DNA of 62,821 nucleotides, counting the filler, from Candidatus Woesearchaeota archaeon (GTDB taxonomy: Archaea > Nanobdellota > Nanobdellia > Woesearchaeales > CAZJJJ01): NCBI GenBank assembly GCA_046538795.1. It is 8 parts of 8 records of this genome, joined end to end, with 100 filler letters (N's around TTAATTAATTAA, not from the genome) between each part and the next. Parts side by side here need not be neighbours in the genome. Positions count along the whole stretch, not along the records: positions 8,994 to 27,412 come from JBKHIF010000024.1; 7 more parts are not named here. One strand, given 5' to 3'. The notes under the pieces are model-generated. The model searched no databases and had not been told where the DNA came from. It saw nothing but the letters and a program-made list of their open reading frames with translations. Shown one piece after another: positions 10,120-20,831 of the stretch. The position numbers and the translations under genes were made by a program. How positions within the stretch are numbered: position 1 is the stretch's first letter; each line of letters starts with the position of its first letter.

Positions 10120-10497
10120 TCAATAATTATCAGTAAGCACTGATTTTATCTCATAATCAATATCACTGGGATTTATCGGTTTTAGAAGATATCCCTTTCC
10201 AAGCATCTTTCCTATGCGCCTACTCATTTCATCGCTTCGGACGGTCAGAAATACAACCAAAGTGTTTCTTGTCTCAGGATCTTCCCTTAAACTCATAGTT
10301 GTCTGGAAACCATCAAGATCGGGCATGACTATATCCATGAGTACGATATCTGGTTTTATTTTCTTGATAATTTCAAGACATTCTTTGCCGCCTTTAGCTT
10401 CAAATATCTCGTAATTAGGATCAATCTTTTCAAGGCCTTTTCTAAGCTTAACACGCGTATCAGAAACATCATCTACTATAAGCAACCTAATCTTCAT
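10120..10497 (-). CDS. Single-domain response regulator (CheY-like receiver)
   Basis: IVDD, 'PDIVLMDIVMPDLDG', FLT, KP motifs. Confidence 0.9.
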   Translation of the reverse strand: MKIRLLIVDDVSDTRVKLRKGLEKIDPNYEIFEAKGGKECLEIIKKIKPDIVLMDIVMPDLDGFQTTMSLREDPETRNTLVVFLTVRSDEMSRRIGKMLGKGYLLKPINPSDIDYEIKSVLTDNY

Positions 10498-10545
10498 GAA
10501 AATATTAGAAACAATAAAATAATTTAAAGTTATTTATTCTGGATT

Positions 10546-10827
10546 CTATGCACCAAGGAACTTCAATGCTTCAAGTACAAGAAACAAAGGCCAGATAATA
10601 GCTTTTAGAAAACCTAAGACGCCTATCCAGAAACTATCTGCAGTTGATATATAATATATTGCAGCACCCAAGAAACCCATGAAATATAAGAAACCGCCCT
10701 TGCAAAAGTCCCCTGAATTATACTGACAATCATCTCTTGATCTTTTCATGAAATATTTTGAAAAGGATCTTTTGAATTCTTTTTCACAATTATTCTCTTT
10801 TTTTGTTTTAGAATGTTTTTTCATCAT
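10546..10827 (-). CDS. Small two-TM membrane protein
   Basis: Hydrophobic 'YFMGFLGAAIYYI..FWIGVLGFLKAIIWP' segment. Confidence 0.65.
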   Translation of the reverse strand: MMKKHSKTKKENNCEKEFKRSFSKYFMKRSRDDCQYNSGDFCKGGFLYFMGFLGAAIYYISTADSFWIGVLGFLKAIIWPLFLVLEALKFLGA

Positions 10828-10874
10828 TTTACCAATAAAACAACTGATATTTAAACATAGCTAAAAATAAAAAA

Positions 10875-11534
10875 TTATTGTGCTTCTGCTTCTTTTTCAG
10901 AAACTGCAGGCCGCTCTGGTGATTCTGGTTGCTCTTTTCCTGACAAAGGCATAGCGCTTTGACCTTCAACCTGAGGAACATCTTTTGCCTGTGACTTCAC
11001 TTCACTTAATTCTTTTGAATCAAGAACCTTCACAAGATCAAGAAGTATCAATAGCCTTTCATCGACAACACCTACACCTTCAATATAACCTGCATTGATT
11101 TTTTGGGTGATAATAGATGGTGCAGGTTTTACGTTTGCTTCGGAAAGTCTTAGCACTTCTGTTGCAGAATCAACTATCATCCCAACTGTCGTGTTATTTA
11201 TTTCTATAACGATTATTCTAGTATTCTTGTCAATGTCTTTTGCAGGAATACTCAGCTTTTTAGCAAGATTTATGACAACAATAATTCCACCACGAAGATT
11301 GATTACGCCCTCGATAAAATCAGCTGAATTAGGAATTTTTGTTATTGCTTCCATTCTGATTATCTCATGGACTTCCATAATATTTACGCCAAACTCTTCC
11401 TGCCCTATCTTGAATACAACAAGCTGTCTTTCGTTTGATCCCGAATCACCATCTTCAAGCTTATCCTGAGAAACAGAATTATTCAGATCAAGAGCATTTT
11501 TTTCTGAATCCTGATTTGTTGCGTCTTCAACCAC
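10875..11534 (-). CDS. cheW: Chemotaxis coupling protein CheW
   Basis: 'QLVVFK..EEFGV', 'GVINLRGGII', 'VGMIVDSATEV', 'RLLILLD'; GTG start with GAGGAG SD. Confidence 0.95.
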   Translation of the reverse strand: MVEDATNQDSEKNALDLNNSVSQDKLEDGDSGSNERQLVVFKIGQEEFGVNIMEVHEIIRMEAITKIPNSADFIEGVINLRGGIIVVINLAKKLSIPAKDIDKNTRIIVIEINNTTVGMIVDSATEVLRLSEANVKPAPSIITQKINAGYIEGVGVVDERLLILLDLVKVLDSKELSEVKSQAKDVPQVEGQSAMPLSGKEQPESPERPAVSEKEAEAQ

Positions 11535-11632
11535 TTATATCTCCTCAATTATTTGATAGTTAAAAAATAAAACCACCATTTCTTAAAAATATTATCACAA
11601 AAATATAATAAAAAATAAAAAAAGATATCCTT

Positions 11633-13837
11633 TCAGTTTGAAGGATTATCCTTAGTTGCATCCTGAGATTCAACGTTGTTTTCAGTTTTTTCTGATCCAG
11701 CCTTATTTTCTGCATCAGGATCCTTATGTTCAGGTATTTTAGCAGCCCGAAAATCAGGTCTTTTGTTCTGACCAACTGGAGATGGTTTAACTGGTCCCGG
11801 ACCAGATGATACTCCATCTATTTTGAATTTCTCGACAACGTTTCTTAATTCTTCAGAACTTGCTGACAATTGCTGAGCACCTTCTGAAACCTGCTGGATT
11901 GCACTTGTAACCTGTTCAACAGATGCTGTAACTTCTTCAGAACCTGCTGCATTCTCTTCTGCAACCGCACTTATCTCAGCAATAGAACTGTTCAGCTTTT
12001 CGACGAGACCTGGTATCTGTTCAAGAGACGAAATCGCATCGTTCACGGCTGCTGATCCATCTTCAACCTGTTTGGTGTTGTCATTCATGGTGTTGACAGA
12101 ATCATTTATAGCATCCTGGATCTCTTTGATAAGCTCGCTTATTAGTCCTGTTGCTTTCTGGCTTTCTTCTGCAAGCTTTCTCACTTCATCAGCAACAACA
12201 GCAAAACCACGTCCTGCATCTCCTGCTCGCGCAGCTTCGATTGCCGCATTGAGTGCAAGAAGATTTGTCTGTTCTGAGATGTTATTGATAGTCTCGATTA
12301 TCTCGCCTATCTTTCCTGATTTTTCTCCAAGTTCGCTAACTTTATTAGCGCCAGTTTTTGTAGTCTCATTTATAGTCTGCATCTTACTTTTAAGAGTGCC
12401 TGTTGCTTCACTGCCTTTTTTTGCGCTCTCGCCTGCAGCTTTGCTCTGGTTTGAGACATTATTCACATTCGTGCTTAAGTCCTGAGCACCTTTTGCAATC
12501 TGCTGAACAGTTGATGAAATCTGCTGCATAGAAGAGTTCACTTCTTCAGAACTTGCAGATAATTCCTCTGAGTTTGCCGCAGACTGGCTTACGCTCTTCT
12601 TTATGGTAGAAACCAGATTTTTCAGATTATCAAGCATTGCCTTAAATGCAGTTGTCATCTGTCCAAGCTCATTTTTGCCTGCATTTTTGTCATCTACATT
12701 GACTCTTAAGTCACCTGAAGCAACTGTGTTCATCTTTTCGATGAGTCCTTTGAATGTACTCGTCATGAACTGGGCAAAAAGATATGCGATTATCGAACCT
12801 GCCAGAATTGCAATAACAGATACAAGAACAGTCATTCTCCTTATTTCATTAAGTCCGGTAAGGAAATCATCATGATATGCACTTGCTCCGATGATCCAGT
12901 TTCGTTCAGGAACATAAGAAAGACCTGCAACTTTCATCCTAGCCTCAGTTTCACCTGTGTTTAACCAGGGATAATAGTGAATGTCTGATTCTCCATGGTC
13001 AAGCGCTGTTGCTTTTTCAATTATTTCCTGGATCATAAAGTTTCCATCAGCATCTTTTGCTCCCCAGATGTTTTCTCCATCACGTTCCTTATTTAATGAA
13101 AGGACATAATTACCTTCTTCATCAAGTATGAAAACATAGCCGGTCTGACCAACAACAATCTGAGAAATTTCATCTTTAAATGATTCGATATTGTTTGTTT
13201 CAAAATTGACATCAACCAATTCATCATAATAAGTAGAAACTACAACTATCCATTCTTTTGAAGGTACATGAAGAATTGCTGCAATCTTATCTCTTGCTTC
13301 AGTTTCACCCTCATTTTTCCAGGTATATTTTGAAAAATCAATCTCTCCTTTTGCAAGGGTTCTTCCAACATCAATCTGCTCTTTTATGAAATAATCTCCG
13401 TCATCGTCTTCACTGAACATCATGTTTGTTCCGATAAGAGCTGGATTAACCGGATGATAAAGCATATTTCCATCATAATCCACTATATATATATAACCTG
13501 TTTCCCCTACCTTTATATTTCCTATAGCTTCCTTGAGATGTTCTTCCTGATTTGGAAATGTTTCAATAAAATGATACACAGCCTCTGCCTGAGATCTTGT
13601 AGAAGCATGCACCTGATCTTCAATCGCCTCTTCATTTGCAACGATCTGAGTATGCACGCTCTCTGCAAAAAAGGCTAATTCTATAGCCTGCTGCGAAAGA
13701 CGTTGTTCAATTTCTTCAAATATAACTTCATGTGAAGCATTGTAGCTTAGCAGTCCAAGAGTAACTACTGGTATTGTAACCAAGATAACACACATAACAA
13801 GAAGCTGCCATTTTATACTTATATCCTTAAGTCCCAT
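11633..13837 (-). CDS. Methyl-accepting chemotaxis protein with tandem Cache-type sensor domains, HAMP and MA domain
   Basis: Two TM helices; duplicated 'VG.TGY..I.D..GN...Y.W.N.GETEAR.K' modules; tip '[35 protein letters not shown]'. Confidence 0.95.
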   Translation of the reverse strand: MGLKDISIKWQLLVMCVILVTIPVVTLGLLSYNASHEVIFEEIEQRLSQQAIELAFFAESVHTQIVANEEAIEDQVHASTRSQAEAVYHFIETFPNQEEHLKEAIGNIKVGETGYIYIVDYDGNMLYHPVNPALIGTNMMFSEDDDGDYFIKEQIDVGRTLAKGEIDFSKYTWKNEGETEARDKIAAILHVPSKEWIVVVSTYYDELVDVNFETNNIESFKDEISQIVVGQTGYVFILDEEGNYVLSLNKERDGENIWGAKDADGNFMIQEIIEKATALDHGESDIHYYPWLNTGETEARMKVAGLSYVPERNWIIGASAYHDDFLTGLNEIRRMTVLVSVIAILAGSIIAYLFAQFMTSTFKGLIEKMNTVASGDLRVNVDDKNAGKNELGQMTTAFKAMLDNLKNLVSTIKKSVSQSAANSEELSASSEEVNSSMQQISSTVQQIAKGAQDLSTNVNNVSNQSKAAGESAKKGSEATGTLKSKMQTINETTKTGANKVSELGEKSGKIGEIIETINNISEQTNLLALNAAIEAARAGDAGRGFAVVADEVRKLAEESQKATGLISELIKEIQDAINDSVNTMNDNTKQVEDGSAAVNDAISSLEQIPGLVEKLNSSIAEISAVAEENAAGSEEVTASVEQVTSAIQQVSEGAQQLSASSEELRNVVEKFKIDGVSSGPGPVKPSPVGQNKRPDFRAAKIPEHKDPDAENKAGSEKTENNVESQDATKDNPSN

Positions 13838-13970
13838 CTAAACACCCCTTATTTTACTGAAAAAATAAGCAATCAAAATTGAATTTAGAAAAAAATATTA
13901 TTTAAATTTGCGTATAAACTTAACAGTAAGAAAAAAAAATGGTTTGCAATATATAATAACAAACAAAAAT

Positions 13971-16385
13971 TTATCTTACGGAGTTCTTAAGTTCGCTTAG
14001 CAATGAAACAACTTCTTTTGAAGCATTATCTGCCTGTTCAACTTTTCTTTTCGCCCCATCTTTATTTCCTTCATTCCAAAGTTTGACTGCTTCATTTCCA
14101 AGTTTATGGACCTGTTCATGTGGTACCATAAGACTCCTGAAAGCAGGATTTCCTGCAAAATCGTTCTTTCCATAAGAATCATACCATTTGCCAAGCCTGC
14201 AGGAATGATGATCCTTAAGTTCTGCTTCATTAAGTTTCAAACTTCCTTTAATCATATTTCTTAATTTCCTGATCCATTCTTCATGATCTGAAATAGCAAG
14301 ATCTATTATGCTTAGTCTCTCTGTGTTTGCATCAAGCTGGAATCGTTCAACAATATTTTTCAATTCTTCTGCTCCTGCAGATAAATCCTGAGCGCCAGAA
14401 GAAACCTGCTGGATTGCGCTTGTGACCTGCTCAACAGATGCTGTAACTTCTTCAGAACCTGCTGCATTCTCTTCAGCAACAGCACTTATCTCAGCAATAG
14501 AACTGTTCAGCTTTTCGACAAGACCTGGTATTTGTTCAAGAGACGAAATCGCATCGTTCACGGCTGCTGATCCATCTTCAACCTGTTTGGTGTTGTCATT
14601 CATGGTGTTGACAGAATCATTTATAGCATCCTGGATCTCTTTGATAAGCTCGCTTATTAGTCCTGTTGCTTTCTGGCTTTCTTCTGCAAGTTTTCTCACT
14701 TCATCTGCAACAACCGCAAAACCCCGTCCTGCGTCTCCTGCTCTTGCAGCTTCAATAGCAGCGTTCAGTGCAAGAAGATTAGTCTGTTCTGAGATATTAT
14801 TTATTGTTTCTATTATTTCACCTATCTTTCCTGATTTCGCACCAAGATCGCTCACTTTTTCAGCACCAGCCTTAGTAGTCTCATTGATAGTTTCCATCTT
14901 AGTCTTAAGAGTATTAGTTGCGTCTGAACCTTTCTTTGCGCTCTCTCCAGCAGTTTTGCTCTGGTTTGATACATTAGTCACATTTGTGCTTAGATCTTGC
15001 GCGCCTTTTGCAATCTGCTGAACAGTTGATGAAGTCTGCTGCATAGAAGAATTTACTTCTTCAGAACTTGCTGAAAGCTCTTCTGAATTCGCTGCAGACC
15101 TTTCAACATTTCTCTTTATGGTGGATACAAGGCCTTTAAGATTTTCAGTCATGGTGTTAAATGAATTTGCGAGCTGGCCTATCTCATCTTTTCCTTTCTT
15201 AAGTTTTTCATCCACGCTTACTCTCAGGTCTCCATCCGCAACAGTTTTTGAAAGTTCCTTAAGTTTGATTATCGGATAGGTAATATTCTTGCCTACAAGA
15301 TAAGAGACCACAATAATGATCAAAACAGATACAGTTAATATAACTACTATAGTATTTCTCAAATCATAGATAGGCGCAAATGCTTCTGACTCATCTATTT
15401 CAGCAACCAGAACCCAATCAAGAAGTTCAATATAATGATTAACTCCCAGAACAGGAACACCATCCATCTTCTCTGAAAAAGGCCTACCCTGTTTTTCTGC
15501 ATCAGTTTTTGTAGTATAATCGCCATATACCCCGGTATATGTGTCATGGTTTGCAAATGCCTCCTTAGGACCTTTTGTCTCAGCTTTCGTGACAAGAAGA
15601 GTTTCATCAACAGCAAGCCTGGAACTTGTTCTGAAAATATAATCATTTCCCACAAGGTAATGATCTTCAGTTTCTCCTGCTCCAGATTCTGTTGTCATAA
15701 TTTGTGTTATTTTATCTGTATTGACTTGCAAAGCGATAACACCTAAAATATCATCAGTGGCATCATCTATAATAGGATACGCAGCAAACATAGCAAAATC
15801 TTTTTCTGATGGCGCATATGAATCTATGTCTGTTATATAATATTCACCTTCCCGAGAATGACTCCATGCTTCTGCAAGCACAGAATTTTTATAATCTCCA
15901 TAAACCAGATTTGATCCAATATCGTCATTTCGTTTATGTGTGTACATTATGTGACCATGAGGCCTACATATCAAGAAAACATCATAATAACCTTTATTTT
16001 CAACATATGTCTTAAGAGATGCATCTATATCTCTCCAGATATTATCATAAGTCTTGGTGACAGCTTGTTTTGAACTGCTGAGATCAAATTCCTCATCATG
16101 CTGAACTTCCATCTGATTATGGTAATCCACTAATTCTTCAATACCAGTTTTTACAACAGAAGTCTTTGAAAGCGCAATCATATCATTTTTAACAGTCTCA
16201 AAATAATCTTCTATCTGTGATTCTTTAAGAGTTGCTGCATTTTCAAGCGACTTGAATACTTCTGCCCTCAGAGATTCCTGTGCATCATCGTATGCAAGAA
16301 ATCCAACAATGGATAAAGGAACAACAGATAATATAAGGAAAAGTGAAATCAGTTTTATTTTTAAGGGAATATCATTCCAGTTCAT
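13971..16385 (-). CDS. Methyl-accepting chemotaxis protein: dCache-like sensor, HAMP, MA domain, C-terminal CZB zinc-binding domain
   Basis: MCP tip motif; C-terminal 'DHEEW...[10 protein letters not shown]...HEQVH' CZB signature; ATG at 16385 has a GAGGTG SD. Confidence 0.93.
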   Translation of the reverse strand: MNWNDIPLKIKLISLFLILSVVPLSIVGFLAYDDAQESLRAEVFKSLENAATLKESQIEDYFETVKNDMIALSKTSVVKTGIEELVDYHNQMEVQHDEEFDLSSSKQAVTKTYDNIWRDIDASLKTYVENKGYYDVFLICRPHGHIMYTHKRNDDIGSNLVYGDYKNSVLAEAWSHSREGEYYITDIDSYAPSEKDFAMFAAYPIIDDATDDILGVIALQVNTDKITQIMTTESGAGETEDHYLVGNDYIFRTSSRLAVDETLLVTKAETKGPKEAFANHDTYTGVYGDYTTKTDAEKQGRPFSEKMDGVPVLGVNHYIELLDWVLVAEIDESEAFAPIYDLRNTIVVILTVSVLIIIVVSYLVGKNITYPIIKLKELSKTVADGDLRVSVDEKLKKGKDEIGQLANSFNTMTENLKGLVSTIKRNVERSAANSEELSASSEEVNSSMQQTSSTVQQIAKGAQDLSTNVTNVSNQSKTAGESAKKGSDATNTLKTKMETINETTKAGAEKVSDLGAKSGKIGEIIETINNISEQTNLLALNAAIEAARAGDAGRGFAVVADEVRKLAEESQKATGLISELIKEIQDAINDSVNTMNDNTKQVEDGSAAVNDAISSLEQIPGLVEKLNSSIAEISAVAEENAAGSEEVTASVEQVTSAIQQVSSGAQDLSAGAEELKNIVERFQLDANTERLSIIDLAISDHEEWIRKLRNMIKGSLKLNEAELKDHHSCRLGKWYDSYGKNDFAGNPAFRSLMVPHEQVHKLGNEAVKLWNEGNKDGAKRKVEQADNASKEVVSLLSELKNSVR

Positions 16386-16602
16386 AAAATACACCTCTTT
16401 TGCCAAACTCTATAAAGACCAACAAAAATTAATGTTAGTAAAATCATCTCAAATCATAACCATATCCGTATATAAGATTATATAATTACTTTAAAATGAA
16501 CAAAACAAACATGTTGAAAAAAATACAAAAAAAATAAAATAATTTAATAAAATGTGGGTTTTTGTTGTTTTAAATTTTACATTTTATTTGTCCTACAAGA
16601 TA

Positions 16603-16992
16603 TCAAAGCTTTATCCCCATATTAGATAAAACAATTGTGTTGTTCTCTCCGATATAGCCTTTGAGCATAATAAGGAATTCGTTTTTTCCGCCTTTTCCAC
16701 TGCACGGACCTGCGATCTGATCTATTATCTTTTGAAGCGCTTTTCCCAAAACCTTAGGATCTTCTTTATCGATATTTCTTGAAATTCTTAAAGCAGAAGA
16801 AGATGAACTATATGAAGAGGACGTAATTTTTATATTTTTAAGCAGAGGATAATCAGAAGATGTCTTATCAACTATGGTTTTTAAAACCATTGTTATGTAA
16901 TCCCTTGATGTTACTCTGCCACCTACATCAATAATAGTTTCTATGAGAATCTCAACTATTTTTTTGTTTGGCGTATTCATCTTAGTCAACAA
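16603..16992 (-). CDS. Hypothetical protein within chemotaxis block
   Basis: 129-aa ORF, co-oriented with neighbours; no motif recognised. Confidence 0.6.
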   Translation of the reverse strand: MLTKMNTPNKKIVEILIETIIDVGGRVTSRDYITMVLKTIVDKTSSDYPLLKNIKITSSSYSSSSSALRISRNIDKEDPKVLGKALQKIIDQIAGPCSGKGGKNEFLIMLKGYIGENNTIVLSNMGIKL

Positions 16993-17111
16993 AGATAATC
17001 AGGCACCATGTATTTAAGAATTATCATATAAAAATCATATTTTTTAGGATAATTTATCCTTATGTATTCGCTGCAAAGAATCTAAGAAGAAATGAAAAAA
17101 TTAAAAAAAGT

Positions 17112-18287
17112 CTAATCGACAAACTCAATTCCGAGGTCTGATTCAAGGTCTTTCTTCCTCTTTTCAGTAACTCCGCCTTTGCCAAATATCTGAGAAGATC
17201 TGACACCAGTCACTATAAGCATTGCCCGGATTGTATTTGCAAGATCTTCTGATACCTGCGCACCCCAGATTATCCTTGCGTCATTGTCAAGTTTTTCTGA
17301 GATTGTCTCGACAACCTTTCTTGCTTCTTCCAAGGTCATGTCAGGTCCGCCTGCAACATTGATAAGAGCGCCGTTAGCTCCAGAAACATCAACATCCAAA
17401 AGAGGATTATTAATGGCCTTTTCAACAGCCTCAACAGCACGGTTTTCTGTATCAGATTCACCGACACCGATAAGAGCGACTCCTCCATTTCCCATGACTG
17501 CTCTGATATCTGCAAAGTCAAGATTCACAAGGCCTGCTTTTGTTACAAGTTCAGCGATTCCTTTTACAGCGTTTGTAAGTATCTCATCTGCAACCTTAAA
17601 AGCAGTATGCAACGGAAGATCAGGCGCAAGCTCAAGAAGCTTGTCGTTTGGAATCACAATAAGGGTATCAACACTTTGCTCAAGCTTTTCAAGACCAAGT
17701 ATTGCATTTTCATATCTCCTGTGACCTTCCATTGTAAAAGGCATGGTGACAACAGCAACAGTTAATGCCCCCATCTTTTTTGAAACATCAGCGACAATAG
17801 GAGCAGCACCAGTACCTGTTCCTCCCCCCAGACCACATGTTATGAATACCATGTCTGCTCCGGAAAGAGATTGCTTTATGTTCTGCTCATCTTCTTTTGC
17901 TGCCTCTTCACCTACTTTAGGTATGCTTCCTGCACCAAGACCTCTCGTAGTTTCTTTTCCGATAAGGATCTTTATATCAGAAGTTGCATAAAGAAGATCC
18001 TGCGCATCTGTGTTTATTGCAATCGTCTCTGAGCCGACAATGCCAACCTCAGCAATCCTTGTAATAGTATTATTACCTCCTCCTCCAACACCTATGACCT
18101 TGATCTTTGCCTTTTGCTTAGAAAGAAGCTCTTCAAGCTCACGATCCAGGTCATTCTGCGAAGAGGTCTGGACATACTTAGGATGATCATTTCTTGATGG
18201 CTGAGAGGGTCTTTGTACATTTCCTGAATTCATCTCTGAACCATAATTTGATGAAAATTCATCTTCACTTCGTATAAAACTATCCAC
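17112..18287 (-). CDS. ftsZ: Cell division protein FtsZ (archaeal FtsZ1 type)
   Basis: GVGGGGNN, GLGGGTGTG tubulin signature, NLDFAD, C-terminal 'LGIEFV'; GTG at 18287 follows a GAGGTG SD. Confidence 0.97.
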   Translation of the reverse strand: MDSFIRSEDEFSSNYGSEMNSGNVQRPSQPSRNDHPKYVQTSSQNDLDRELEELLSKQKAKIKVIGVGGGGNNTITRIAEVGIVGSETIAINTDAQDLLYATSDIKILIGKETTRGLGAGSIPKVGEEAAKEDEQNIKQSLSGADMVFITCGLGGGTGTGAAPIVADVSKKMGALTVAVVTMPFTMEGHRRYENAILGLEKLEQSVDTLIVIPNDKLLELAPDLPLHTAFKVADEILTNAVKGIAELVTKAGLVNLDFADIRAVMGNGGVALIGVGESDTENRAVEAVEKAINNPLLDVDVSGANGALINVAGGPDMTLEEARKVVETISEKLDNDARIIWGAQVSEDLANTIRAMLIVTGVRSSQIFGKGGVTEKRKKDLESDLGIEFVD

Positions 18288-18447
18288 ATTACCCCACCTC
18301 AATCATAAATCAGGTTTACCACACTAAAGTGTTCATAAACTCATATATAAGCATATATATAGTTAAAAACATAAATTAAAAAAGGACAATTGCAATTTAT
18401 AGATGTTTGTCCTGTATAATTGCCAAACATAATTTTCAAAAACGGCC

Positions 18448-19179
18448 TTATTCTGACAAATTTTTACCTGAAGATTTTTCTTTAGAGTCTGATTTTTCAG
18501 AAGCCTTTTTCTGAGATTTTTTTTCAAATTTCACTTCTTTTACATCTACGCAGTCCTTTATGAAATCAGCAAACTCTTTTTCAAATTCTTTAGGGAAATC
18601 AATATCCATCAAAATATTTATGGAATTCTTTTCCTTGTCAAATCTTACATCCACATTCTCTTTCTTAATGTTTAGTTTCAACTCAAGAACAGATTTAACC
18701 TGCTCAACCTTATCATCTACAAGGTCTTTTATCTTAACTTCATAGACAAGATCCTTCCCTGCCAATGGATGATTGAAATCAACAATGACCCTTCCTCCTG
18801 AAACAGTCTTTATGACACCCATAGAACCATCTACTGTCACTTGAAGCCCAGGAACTGGTTTTATTCCCTGCTTTTTGAAAGTTGATGTCGGAACAAGCTT
18901 TATCAGGCTTGCAGATCGTTTTCCAAAAGAATCTCCAGAATTGATCTCTATAGTATAATCTTTTCCAATCTCTTTTCCGATCAAAGCATTGTCAAGAGCC
19001 TCTAATATCAACCCTTTTCCGACACAGGTCGTAACACTTCCGTATTTGATGCCCGGATTATAAAGGTGATTCTCTTTTGCGACACTTTCCAGGGTTGTGT
19101 CAAAGATGTATCCTTCGTTTTTTACTCTGCCGGTATAATCTATAGTTACAAAATCTTTTTCTTTTAATGTATGCGCCAT
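18448..19179 (-). CDS. slyD: FKBP-type peptidyl-prolyl isomerase (archaeal long SlyD type)
   Basis: 'IDYTGR..IFDTT', 'GRVIVDFNHPLAGKDL'. Confidence 0.92.
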   Translation of the reverse strand: MAHTLKEKDFVTIDYTGRVKNEGYIFDTTLESVAKENHLYNPGIKYGSVTTCVGKGLILEALDNALIGKEIGKDYTIEINSGDSFGKRSASLIKLVPTSTFKKQGIKPVPGLQVTVDGSMGVIKTVSGGRVIVDFNHPLAGKDLVYEVKIKDLVDDKVEQVKSVLELKLNIKKENVDVRFDKEKNSINILMDIDFPKEFEKEFADFIKDCVDVKEVKFEKKSQKKASEKSDSKEKSSGKNLSE

Positions 19180-19304
19180 TTTAGTTCCTGTTTGTTTTGT
19201 GAGAGAAAAAGAAAAGCATATTTAAAAGTTTCGGAGAGGTGTCGCTATTTTTAAGAAGTATACATAAATGATTTTTCTGACATCACATTTATCAGTCTTG
19301 CTTC

Positions 19305-19535
19305 CTAAAGCTTTCGATCCTCAAGCCAGCTTACAATAGGCCTGAAATTGGGGGCATTATCTGTTTTTTGATTGATCCAGTCAAGAAGCATGTTTTTAGG
19401 ATTTGTCGAACAGCAATGCTGACATATGAATATATCATCATTTATCACAAGCCCGGTAAGATTTTTCTCAAGCTCAATCTCTTTGTTGCACAGAGTACAT
19501 CTATATTCATCAGTTTTATTTGTATACATGCTCAT
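19305..19535 (-). CDS. Small zinc-finger-like protein
   Basis: CxxC...CxxCC; ATG at 19535 overlaps the upstream stop (ATGA) and has a GGTGGAG SD. Confidence 0.65.
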   Translation of the reverse strand: MSMYTNKTDEYRCTLCNKEIELEKNLTGLVINDDIFICQHCCSTNPKNMLLDWINQKTDNAPNFRPIVSWLEDRKL

Positions 19536-19891
19536 TTTATCTCCACCCATTCCAATGTATCTTTTCCACAATCAGGACATTTTTCTGCACTTATAGATTT
19601 CCAGTATTTCTTCAGACTATCAAAATCCTTTTTCTTAAGAAGCCCTTTTTTAAGCATCTTTGCATAAAAGTCCAGATTCTCATCAACATGAGGATTGTAT
19701 TTTTTAAGATCTTTATTTCTGCATTCTGGACATAAAGCAGGATCTGTGTTTTTCAAAGAGAAAAGATTCCTGCATTTTGAACAAGAGAAAACCTCATAGG
19801 AGACTTCTTTTTTTATGCTGCCATAATCCACATCATATTTTTTTTTGCATGACTTGCATGTTATCCTGTATTTTATCTGCAATATTATCAC
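19532..19891 (-). CDS. Zinc-ribbon protein with four CxxC motifs
   Basis: CKSC, CSKC, CPEC, CPDC. Confidence 0.7.
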   Translation of the reverse strand: MIILQIKYRITCKSCKKKYDVDYGSIKKEVSYEVFSCSKCRNLFSLKNTDPALCPECRNKDLKKYNPHVDENLDFYAKMLKKGLLKKKDFDSLKKYWKSISAEKCPDCGKDTLEWVEIK

Positions 19892-19967
19892 TCCCCGTCT
19901 AAAAAAGTTATACGAACATATATTTATAATTTTTTACTTCCCTTAATCTGAAAAACTTATCCGGGCT

Positions 19968-20831
19968 TCATTTCATCCTGTCTTTTACAGGTATGCTTAT
20001 AACAAAGCTCACTATGCCATCCTTGTTTACGGCATCCATCTTTCCTTTGTACTTATTGACAACATCATGTATTATTTTTAGTCCATGACCATGATTCTTG
20101 CCTTTTGTAGTAAAATTTTTGTTAGCGAGTATTTTTTTAATGTCCTGCCTGGATAAGGGATCGCCATCATCAGATATTTTTATCAAAAGACTTGAATCAT
20201 CTATTTGATGTTCTATCCATATATTTCCCTTGCCTGCAATCTCATCAACAGCATTTGATAGAAGATTGAAAAGCATAAGCTGTATCTCATATCCGCAGCA
20301 TAATATTGATCTTTCATTTGCAGGCTCTGTATAATTCATCTTTATGTGATCTCCTTTTTCAGGAGAATTGCCTACTGCATCTCCATATAGTTTATTAGGA
20401 TGTCTCCTAAGAAGCTGGCTTACTGTTGCATATACTATCTTGCTTATCTTGAAGTATTCTTCATAAGACGGATTTTGTGCTATCTTTTTTATAAGTGTGA
20501 TATTTTTTTTAACTCCGCTTAAGACATTCAGCATCTCTTCTTTTTTTTCAGGAGAAAGCTGGTCTTTTTTTATTGAGTTTTCAATTTTTTGTATGCATGC
20601 GTTAAGATCAATTATCTCATTATCTATATTTTCAGAACCTGCAAAATTTTCAAACATAGATATAGCGCATTTTATGATGTCAGCAGTTTCTGTTTTCTTG
20701 TTGAAACTGAAAAAAGTCCATAAAAGATTAAGTCCGCCAATTGAACTATGGCCATGCGCTCTGATATACCATTTTATTTTCTCGTTGACTTTTCCTGATA
20801 CCAATGCATTCTTCATTCTGATCCTTATCAA
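19968..20831 (-). CDS. Atypical sensor-less histidine kinase (HATPase_c)
   Basis: N box 'NLLSNAVD', G1 'ISDDG', F/G2 'FTTKGKNHGHGL'; ATGA overlap with cheV. Confidence 0.75.
   Translation of the reverse strand: MIRIRMKNALVSGKVNEKIKWYIRAHGHSSIGGLNLLWTFFSFNKKTETADIIKCAISMFENFAGSENIDNEIIDLNACIQKIENSIKKDQLSPEKKEEMLNVLSGVKKNITLIKKIAQNPSYEEYFKISKIVYATVSQLLRRHPNKLYGDAVGNSPEKGDHIKMNYTEPANERSILCCGYEIQLMLFNLLSNAVDEIAGKGNIWIEHQIDDSSLLIKISDDGDPLSRQDIKKILANKNFTTKGKNHGHGLKIIHDVVNKYKGKMDAVNKDGIVSFVISIPVKDRMK

Noticed and set aside
12072..15021. Similar plus-strand ORFs ('[14 protein letters not shown]') antisense to the MCP genes, also at 23659-24027 and 32589-32957
   Set aside because: Shadow ORFs of the conserved MCP hairpin tip, not independent genes
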